Program-made: the position numbers and the translations under genes
From: Planctomycetota bacterium
GTDB taxonomy: Bacteria > Planctomycetota > Phycisphaerae > Phycisphaerales > Phycisphaeraceae
Assembly: GCA_039188455.1 (NCBI GenBank)
Contig: JBCCZA010000001.1
Span: 1 to 61,227, forward strand
Length of the DNA: 61,227 nt
Direction: 5' to 3'
Shown: positions 55,232-61,227 of the stretch, in pieces
Layout of the letters: each line of letters begins with the position of its first letter
Position numbering within the stretch: the stretch's first letter is position 1
Notes under the pieces: generated by a model
Database searches by the model: none
Told to the model about the DNA's origin: nothing
What the model saw: the letters and a program-made list of their open reading frames with translations, nothing else

Positions 55232-55666
55232 TCAGGGCGACAGGGCGGCGATCACGCCGGCGATCAGCATGAGCAGCACGGGCAGGATGAAGCTGAGCAC
55301 AAACAACCCCACGAACAGCAGGACGATCGCGGCGGCGATCCACCCCATGATCAGCCCGGCGGTGGCCAGGCCCGCCTGATCGCGCGGCGCCCGGCCCTGC
55401 GCGATGGCTCGTTGGGCCATCCCGTGCCAGGCGATCGCCAAGAAGCCCAGCGGCAGACAACCGCTGACCAGCGAGAGGATGCCGAGCACGAGGCAGACCA
55501 CGGGCGAGCTGTCATTGCCGGTTGCGGCGTTGGCGGCGGGGGCTGCGCCGATCGACGCCGCCACGCTCACGCCGCACTCGGGGCAGGTGCCACCGATCGC
55601 GGTGCCGCTGAGGTCGTAGCCGCATTGGGGGCAGGTCACGCTCGATCCTGCGATCGGGTCGGGCAT
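55232..55666 (-). CDS. zinc-ribbon + DUF4190-like membrane protein (paralogue B)
   Basis: CPQCGYDLSGTAIGGTCPECG, then TM helices flanking MAQRAIAQGRAP. Same architecture as 54804..55208. Confidence 0.7.
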   Translation of the reverse strand: MPDPIAGSSVTCPQCGYDLSGTAIGGTCPECGVSVAASIGAAPAANAATGNDSSPVVCLVLGILSLVSGCLPLGFLAIAWHGMAQRAIAQGRAPRDQAGLATAGLIMGWIAAAIVLLFVGLFVLSFILPVLLMLIAGVIAALSP

Positions 55667-55723
55667 GGCGGCAGGGTACCGCGGCAGGGCGACGCAGGGT
55701 TGGGCGGCCGTGGCGGTGTTGCG

Positions 55724-57037
55724 TCAGAGCCGACGATGGGCTCTCGCGGCGTCGCGGAAGGGCTTGGCCTTGTGGAGCGTTTCGCGCCACTCGGCGCGGG
55801 GGATCGAGTCGGCGACGATGCCTGAGCCGACGTGGAAGTCGGCGACGCCGGTTGGGGGGGCGTCTCCGTCGGCGCCGAGCGCGTCGGTGGTGATGCAGGC
55901 GGTGCGGATCGCGATCGAGAGGTGCATCGATCGGCCGCGGAGCCAGCCGATCGCGCCGCAATAGGGGCCGCGGCGGACGGGCTCGAGCCGCTCGATCATG
56001 TGCATGGCCTGCACCTTGGGGGCACCAGTGATCGATCCGCCGGGGAGCGTGGCTCGGAGCAGGTCGCCGGGCGTGGCGTCCCGGCGGAGCTTGGCGGCGA
56101 CGGTGGCGACGGCGTGATCGATGCCGGGGTGGTGCTCGATGGTGCGGGGCTGATCGACGCGGACCGAGCCGAAGGCGGCGACGCGGCCGAGGTCGTTGCG
56201 GAGCATGTCGACGACCATGGCGAGCTCGGCACGGTCCTTGGGGCTGTCGGCGAGGTCGGCGTGCGGGTGTGCGGCGGCGGCGGCGGACCCGGCGCGTCGG
56301 GTGCCCTTGATGGGGCGGGTGGTGACGGTGCCCTCGGGTGTTAGCTCCAGGAATAGCTCGGGCGAGACCGACGCGATGGCTCGGCGGCGATCGGGCGGGT
56401 CGTTGGGCAGGGCGGGCAGCGGCAGGTACGCGGCGAACCAGGCGGGCGAGCGCCTGAGCAGGGCGAGGAAGAGATCGCGCGGGCGGCCGCGGAACTCGGC
56501 GGTGAGGCGGGTGGCGAGGTTGACCTCGAACGCATCGCCGGCGTGGAGGCGGTCGACGACGTGGGCGACGGCCTGCTGGTAGTCGCTCGGCGTCGTGCAG
56601 GATCGCACGGGGCCGAGGCTCAGCGACGGGTTGGGCGTCGGGATCGGGCGTTCGGTGGCGGGGAAGGCGTCGACGCGCGGGCAGCGCTGCAGCAGGGCGA
56701 GCGGCCAGCGGCGGTCGTCGCGAGCGACACTGGTCAGCGACTCGATGCGCCGGCCGAGGTCGTAGCCGAGGTAGCCGATCCAGCTGGCGTCGGGGTCGTG
56801 GGCGAGGAGGGCGTCGAGATCGGCGAAGGGGTCGTGGGTGAAGTCGACGGGGCGGGGCGCGTCGCCGAGCCAGGCGGATCGGCCGTCGGGGGTGACGACC
56901 CAGGCGGCGTCGGGCGTGCCGAGCAGCGATCGATTGGACCAGCGGGGGTGCGGCCGGCCGGCGTGGAGCAGGCAGGCGGAGGGCGGCGCGTCGAGCCAGG
57001 CGGCCAGGGCGTCGTCGAGCGGGGCGGCGGCGGTCAC
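55724..57037 (-). CDS. pabB: aminodeoxychorismate synthase component I-like chorismate-binding enzyme
   Basis: SPELFLEL, TRPIKGTR, DRAELAMVVDMLRNDLGRV, LPGGSITGAPK, RGPYCGAIGW, IAIRT, GSGIVADS. The short N-terminal domain favours PabB over TrpE. GTG start at 57037. Confidence 0.75.
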   Translation of the reverse strand: MTAAAPLDDALAAWLDAPPSACLLHAGRPHPRWSNRSLLGTPDAAWVVTPDGRSAWLGDAPRPVDFTHDPFADLDALLAHDPDASWIGYLGYDLGRRIESLTSVARDDRRWPLALLQRCPRVDAFPATERPIPTPNPSLSLGPVRSCTTPSDYQQAVAHVVDRLHAGDAFEVNLATRLTAEFRGRPRDLFLALLRRSPAWFAAYLPLPALPNDPPDRRRAIASVSPELFLELTPEGTVTTRPIKGTRRAGSAAAAAHPHADLADSPKDRAELAMVVDMLRNDLGRVAAFGSVRVDQPRTIEHHPGIDHAVATVAAKLRRDATPGDLLRATLPGGSITGAPKVQAMHMIERLEPVRRGPYCGAIGWLRGRSMHLSIAIRTACITTDALGADGDAPPTGVADFHVGSGIVADSIPRAEWRETLHKAKPFRDAARAHRRL

Positions 57038-57079
57038 GACGCGATGCTAAGGGCATCGGCCCGCCGGTATGCTGGCCGG

Positions 57080-57589
57080 ATGATGCGAGGCGGTCACGGC
57101 GGATGGCGGGGGGTGCTGGGCGGCGTTGTCGGACTGATCGTCCTGGCGGGGCTAGGCCTCGGCTGCGAGGTCAAGACCAGCGACCGCGACATCACGTTCA
57201 TCAATGTCGAGGAACTGCGCGAGCTGCTGGCCGACGAGCGGGAGCGGACGCTGGTGGTCGACGTGCGTCGGTGGGGCGAGTACGACGACGGGCACATCCC
57301 CGGGGCGGTGTGCATCCCGGTGGCCGAGCTTCGGCGGAGCGACCCGGTGCTGGCCGGCGCGACGAGCGTGGTGGTGTACGCCGGGAGCTACGAGAGCCCG
57401 CTGTCGCCGGCGGCGGCGAAGAAGCTGATCGCCGAGGGGTACGTCAACGTGTACGACTTCCGCGGCGGGCTGGAGTTCTGGGAGGACGAGGGGGGCGATG
57501 TCGAGTCGACGCCCGACTGGGTGATCGAGGGGGTCTCGGCGATGGGGGCAGGCGGCGACGTCGACGAGGTGCTGATCGAGGAGCGCTAG
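57080..57589 (+). CDS. rhodanese-homology-domain lipoprotein (active-site Cys replaced)
   Basis: ATG 57080. LAGLGLGC lipobox. LVVDVRRWGEYDDGHIPGAV...VVVYAGSYESPLS...FRGGLEFW, where canonical rhodaneses have VYCxxGxRS. Confidence 0.7.
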   Translation: MMRGGHGGWRGVLGGVVGLIVLAGLGLGCEVKTSDRDITFINVEELRELLADERERTLVVDVRRWGEYDDGHIPGAVCIPVAELRRSDPVLAGATSVVVYAGSYESPLSPAAAKKLIAEGYVNVYDFRGGLEFWEDEGGDVESTPDWVIEGVSAMGAGGDVDEVLIEER

Positions 57590-57611
57590 GCCGGGGCGGC
57601 CGGACGTGGGG

Positions 57612-58121
57612 TCACGCGTTGGCTGCGGCGTGGCAAGCGCGCCAGGGATAGGCGATGCCCGCCGCGGCGAAGACGACGCCGAGGATGGGCAGGGCGGCGC
57701 GGTACGGGCCGTGGGTGAGGCGCGTGAGGGCGGTGTCGGGCTTGGCGTAGGCGACGGGCGCGGGGGTGAGCTCGAGCCCGGCGAGAGCGAGCGGGCGGTC
57801 GGGCGTGGGCGGGTCGAGCAGCGTGGTGTCGGGGCGGTCGGGCGTCATGCCCCAGCGGTCGTGGGCGACGCGGGCGAGCAGGGCGGGGTCGTCGTCGTCC
57901 AGGGCGTCGGCGAGCTGACGGAGGCGGTCGAGCTGGGCGTCGCGGGTCGCGACGTGGGCGGCCAGCGTCTCGCGCTGGCGTTGCATGGCCGCGGCGGCGT
58001 GCAGCGGCGGGACGACGACCGACGTGGCGACCAGCGCCAGCCCGCCGATGAGCATCATCCAGCCCGGCAGGGCGGCGATCAGGCGGGAGTCGGGGCGGGC
58101 GTCGGTCATGAGGCGATACAT
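57612..58121 (-). CDS. hypothetical membrane protein with coiled-coil segment (FtsB/DivIC-like topology)
   Basis: This is the C-terminal 170 codons of the 1101-aa track ORF. Third positions are almost exclusively G/C. N-terminal TM (LIAALPGWMMLIGGLALVATSVVV), helical QRQRETLAAHVATRDAQLDRLRQLADAL, and a C-terminal TM. Divergent from miaB. Confidence 0.5.
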   Translation of the reverse strand: MYRLMTDARPDSRLIAALPGWMMLIGGLALVATSVVVPPLHAAAAMQRQRETLAAHVATRDAQLDRLRQLADALDDDDPALLARVAHDRWGMTPDRPDTTLLDPPTPDRPLALAGLELTPAPVAYAKPDTALTRLTHGPYRAALPILGVVFAAAGIAYPWRACHAAANA

Positions 58122-58199
58122 CGACGCACGGCGGCGACGGTGTTGAATGTGGGCCAGGCTTGGTACGAGGCCCACGAAATCCGCCCCATCTGGGGTACC

Positions 58200-59852
58200 A
58201 TGCCCGGCTCGATGCGTCCCGCCGATCCGCCAAAGCCGATGCCCGATGGCCGAGCCGTGTATCTCGAGACCTTCGGCTGCCAGATGAACGTGCTGGACAG
58301 CCAGCTCGTGAGGTCGAGCCTGGCCGCCGCGGGGTACCGCTTCACCGACGACTGGCAAGCGGCGGACGTCGTGCTCTACAACACCTGCTCGGTCCGCGAG
58401 AAGGCCGAGCAGAAGGTCTGGTCGCGTCTCGGCCGGGTCGGCCAGCACAAGCGAGACCGCCCGGATGTCATCCTCGGCGTCCTCGGCTGCATGGCCGAGC
58501 GCGAGGGTGACGACATGATCCGCCGCCACCCGCAGGTCGACCTGCTCTGCGGGCCGGGTGAGCTCGACAAGGTTCCGCTGCTCATCGACAACCTCGCACG
58601 CACCTCGGCCGCAACGCGCGGCGGGCTGTCGACCGCTCAGGTCGCGCTGCAGGGCAACACCCACCGCCGATCGGGCACGCTCGCCGCCGCCGAGGACACG
58701 CTCGAGCTGCTCGACCTGTCCCGCAGCTTCGACCCCGACGGCGCGGGCTCGGCCTACGTCCGCATCACGCGCGGCTGCAACAAGTTTTGTACGTACTGCG
58801 TCGTCCCGCACACCCGCGGCGCCGAGGTGCACCGCCACCCGGATGCGATCGTCGAGGAGTGCCGCCGTCTCATCGAGGCCGGCGCCCGCGAGATCACATT
58901 GCTCGGCCAGACGGTCAACCACTACCACTACGACCTCGCGGCGACCGAGCTGGTCGATGGTGTGGCCCAGCCGCAGGTCGGCGCTGCGGTGCGCAACGCC
59001 GGCAACGGCTTCGCGATCACCGAGCGACGTAAGTCGGACGAGGCCGGCGCGTCGTCCAGCGAGCGCGACCTGTTCACGTTCGCCATGCTGCTGGCCCGCG
59101 TGCACGACGAGCTGCCCGAGCTGCAACGCCTGCGCTTCGTCACCAGCTTCCCCCGCGACTTCGGCGACGACATCCTGCACACCATCGCCGAGCGCCCGCG
59201 CCTCTGCCCGTACCTGCACCTGCCCGTGCAGTCCGGCTCGGACCGCGTGCTCGCTCGCATGAACCGTGGCTACAAGGTCGCCGAGTACGTCGACCTGATC
59301 GATCGTGCCCGCGCGATCATCCCGGACGTCGAGATCGCCAGCGACATCATCACCGGCTTCCCGACCGAGACCGAGGAGGATCACCGGGCGACGCTTGAGT
59401 TGATCCGGCGGTGCCGGTTCAAGAACTCGTTTATCTTCAAGTACAGCCCCCGGCCCGGCACGGCCGCGAACGAGCGGTTCGCCGATGACGTGCCCAACGA
59501 CGTCAAGAAGCGACGCAACGCCGAGCTGCTCGCCGTGCAGAGCGAGGTCGCGGCGGCCGAGCACGGCAAGTACGTCGGGCGGACGGTGAGCGTGTTTGTG
59601 GAGAAGGCGACCGGCAAGCCCATCGCCGAGCCCGCGGGCGTCTGCGGCGCGGGCGGGGTCGAGCTGCGATGGGAGTCGCGGCGGGCGGCGGCCGTCATCG
59701 AGCAAGAGCCCGACGTGCAGCTCGGCGGGCGGACCTCGGGCGACCTGATCGTGTGCTTCGACGGGCCTGCGTCGCTGATCGGTCAGACGGTCGAGGTGCG
59801 TGTCGATCGCGCGGCCCCGCTGACGCTGTTCGGCGAGCGAGTCGAGCCCTGA
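58200..59852 (+). CDS. miaB: tRNA (N6-isopentenyl-adenosine-37-C2)-methylthiotransferase MiaB
   Basis: Start ATG 58200. UPF0004 domain (VYLETFGCQMN...YNTCSVREKAEQK...LGCMAE), radical-SAM CNKFCTYCVVP, C-terminal TRAM domain. Confidence 0.9.
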   Translation: MPGSMRPADPPKPMPDGRAVYLETFGCQMNVLDSQLVRSSLAAAGYRFTDDWQAADVVLYNTCSVREKAEQKVWSRLGRVGQHKRDRPDVILGVLGCMAEREGDDMIRRHPQVDLLCGPGELDKVPLLIDNLARTSAATRGGLSTAQVALQGNTHRRSGTLAAAEDTLELLDLSRSFDPDGAGSAYVRITRGCNKFCTYCVVPHTRGAEVHRHPDAIVEECRRLIEAGAREITLLGQTVNHYHYDLAATELVDGVAQPQVGAAVRNAGNGFAITERRKSDEAGASSSERDLFTFAMLLARVHDELPELQRLRFVTSFPRDFGDDILHTIAERPRLCPYLHLPVQSGSDRVLARMNRGYKVAEYVDLIDRARAIIPDVEIASDIITGFPTETEEDHRATLELIRRCRFKNSFIFKYSPRPGTAANERFADDVPNDVKKRRNAELLAVQSEVAAAEHGKYVGRTVSVFVEKATGKPIAEPAGVCGAGGVELRWESRRAAAVIEQEPDVQLGGRTSGDLIVCFDGPASLIGQTVEVRVDRAAPLTLFGERVEP

Positions 59853-59891
59853 GCGATTCGGCCGGCAAGCTCGCCGGCTAGACTCGCCGCC

Positions 59892-60665
59892 ATGCCCGAG
59901 ACGACCACCCTGTGGCCCAACCAGCCGGCCGACACCCTGCCGACGCTGACTTGGTACCCCCGGCGCGGCGCCGATGTCGACGCCCCGGCCGTGCTCGTGA
60001 TCCCCGGCGGCGGCTACCGCCACCACGGCGAGCACGAGGGCATGCCCATGGCCGACGCCCTCAACCACGCCGGCTTTCACGCGGCCGTGCTGCTCTACCG
60101 CCTCGGCCCCGAGCACGGCCACCCCGACATGATCCACGACGCCCAGCGCGCGATGCGCCTGATGCGCGGACGCGGCTGGTCCCGCGTCGGGGTGATGGGG
60201 TTCTCGGCCGGCGGGCACCTCGCCGCGACGCTCAGCGTCCACCACGACCGCTTCACCTGCGAGCAGGACGACCTTGTCGAGATGCTGTCGGCCCGGCCCG
60301 ACGCGACCGTGCTGGTCTACCCCGTCATCGACATGGCCGGCGCCTCGACGCACCAGGGCTCTCGGCTCCACCTTCTGGGCGAGGACCGCGTCGACGACGC
60401 CGAGCTGCTCGACCTGCTGAGCGTGCACCGGCACGTCACCGCCGACACGCCGCCGTCGCTGGTGCTGCACTGCCGGCCGGACGAGCCGGTGCCTGTCGAG
60501 AACGCGCTGATGTGGGTCGAGGCGTGCCAGAAGGCCGGCGCGCCGTGGGAGATGTACGTCAGCGAGCGCGGCGGGCACGGCACGCCGTGGCTGTTCATCA
60601 AGCCCGAGGGCGACTGGTTCCGCGAGATCAGCCACGCCTTCCTCGAGCGTCACCTGATCGACTAA
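59892..60665 (+). CDS. alpha/beta hydrolase (esterase/lipase-like)
   Basis: VLVIPGGGYRHHG (oxyanion HGG-like), nucleophile elbow GFSAGGH, C-terminal D...H (CRPDEPVP, RGGHG). Confidence 0.8.
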   Translation: MPETTTLWPNQPADTLPTLTWYPRRGADVDAPAVLVIPGGGYRHHGEHEGMPMADALNHAGFHAAVLLYRLGPEHGHPDMIHDAQRAMRLMRGRGWSRVGVMGFSAGGHLAATLSVHHDRFTCEQDDLVEMLSARPDATVLVYPVIDMAGASTHQGSRLHLLGEDRVDDAELLDLLSVHRHVTADTPPSLVLHCRPDEPVPVENALMWVEACQKAGAPWEMYVSERGGHGTPWLFIKPEGDWFREISHAFLERHLID

Positions 60666-60693
60666 CCCGCACCGCTCGCAAGGAGGCGAGACC

Positions 60694-61227
60694 ATGATCG
60701 TTGACGGCCACCTCGACCTGGCGATGAACGCGCTGCAGTTCGAGCGCGACCTGCGCCGCCCCCTCGACGCCATCCGCCAACGCGAGCAAGGCGTCGATGA
60801 TGGCCGCGGGATCGCGACGGTCACGCTGCCCGCGATGCGAGACGGCGGCGTTTGCCTCTGCGTCGCCACGCTGCTCGCGCGAGCCAAGCCGTGGGTCGAC
60901 CCGACGCGCCCGGTCAAGCGATCGACCGACGACTGGCCCGATCCCTCGATGGCCCACGCCGCCGCCTATGGCATGCTCGCCTACTACCGCTGGCTCAAGC
61001 GAGAAGGTCACATCGCCATCGTGCTCGGCTCGGCCGACCTCGATCGCCTCACCCCCGATGGCCCCATCGGCGTCATCGTCACCCTTGAGGGCGCCGACCC
61101 CATCCTCGACGTCGACGACCTGCACCGCTGGCACGACGCCGGCCTGCGCACCCTGTGCCTCGCCCACTTCGGCCGATCGCATCAAGCCCACGGCACCCCC
61201 TCCACGGACCCGACCAACACGCACGAC
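60694..61227 (+). CDS. membrane dipeptidase (peptidase M19) family protein, N-terminal part (runs off the right edge)
   Basis: Own translation. AGGAGG 7 nt upstream of ATG 60694. MIVDGHLDLAMNAL (the DGHxDL metal-binding start of M19/renal dipeptidase-like proteins), VIVTLEGADPI, LRTLCLAHFG. Confidence 0.55.
   Translation, partial: MIVDGHLDLAMNALQFERDLRRPLDAIRQREQGVDDGRGIATVTLPAMRDGGVCLCVATLLARAKPWVDPTRPVKRSTDDWPDPSMAHAAAYGMLAYYRWLKREGHIAIVLGSADLDRLTPDGPIGVIVTLEGADPILDVDDLHRWHDAGLRTLCLAHFGRSHQAHGTPSTDPTNTHD

Noticed and set aside
57612-60917. 1101-aa minus-strand ORF, the longest in the track
   Set aside because: Most of it is antisense to well-supported plus-strand genes (miaB 58200..59852 and the alpha/beta hydrolase 59892..60665), and its translation is Arg/Ala/Gly/Pro-rich with no motifs. 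This is the typical open antisense frame of high-GC DNA. Only the last 170 codons (57612..58121) look like a real gene.
1-61227. Checked the whole window for rRNA, CRISPR arrays, transposases/IS ends, phage structural genes and classic defence genes
   Set aside because: Nothing with the expected signatures was seen. There are no regularly spaced direct repeats, no DDE or serine/tyrosine recombinase motifs, and no restriction-modification, Cas, or toxin-antitoxin pairs that I could recognise by eye.

Overview
This is a high-GC bacterial chromosomal segment. My hand counts of individual 60-nt lines give about 70-72% GC over most of the window, about 55-65% between roughly 5.2 and 10.6 kb, and about 38% in part of the 8.6-9.0 kb intergenic region. 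No searches were run. All family calls come from motif recognition in the supplied translations or in my own. The ORF track renders GTG/TTG starts as M and always takes the longest ORF, so many starts were moved to internal ATG/GTG codons on the basis of neighbour stops, RBS-like purine runs and third-position GC. The gene content suggests a diderm, possibly Planctomycetota/Phycisphaerae-like, but that is only inference. The relevant genes are PEP-CTERM cargo proteins, CxxCGYDLxG zinc-ribbon/DUF4190 proteins, and Mla-like and outer-membrane barrel genes.

Layout:
- 1-5.2 kb: housekeeping genes on the minus strand (HTH regulator fragment, Dus, flavodoxin-like protein, GNAT, PEP-CTERM protein, RNase HI, COG1579 zinc-ribbon protein), followed by tRNA-Ala(GGC).
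- 5.2-6.3 kb: a lower-GC stretch of about 1.1 kb with no convincing gene.
- 6.3-40 kb: a large surface-polysaccharide region. It holds a TagA/WecB-type glycosyltransferase (GT), a PEP-CTERM LamG-like protein and a beta-helix protein. It also holds a 26-kb, 21-gene, tightly packed minus-strand operon (10699..36756). The operon encodes Wzx, a Wzy-like protein, a Wzc-like protein, nine GT2/GT4 domains plus a CgeB-like GT, a CDP-6-deoxyhexose module and three O-acylation systems. Upstream of it lies a 990-aa secreted protein with three Ig-like repeats, acidic linkers and a beta-helix domain.
- 40-61 kb: mixed genes. These are ApgM-type mutase, an MlaF/MlaD-like pair, DegT aminotransferase, a glycoside hydrolase-like protein, a Met-rich Tat protein, MnmA and a small envelope metal-handling trio. 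They are followed by a Kdo/WaaP-like kinase, PhoD, YraN, tandem zinc-ribbon paralogues, PabB, a rhodanese-like protein, MiaB, an alpha/beta hydrolase and an M19 dipeptidase fragment.

I saw no rRNA, CRISPR array, transposase or integrase.

The most interesting observations are:
- A Wzc/BY-kinase-like protein that lacks a C-terminal Tyr cluster and carries a GspE/MshE-N-like insertion.
- A translationally coupled five-gene CDP-sugar module ending in a UGM-like flavoenzyme.
- Paralogous beta-helix enzymes bracketing the polysaccharide operon.
- A nested 30-bp inverted repeat.
- A Cys-rich protein / HMA lipoprotein / OM-barrel trio next to a 9%-Met Tat protein.
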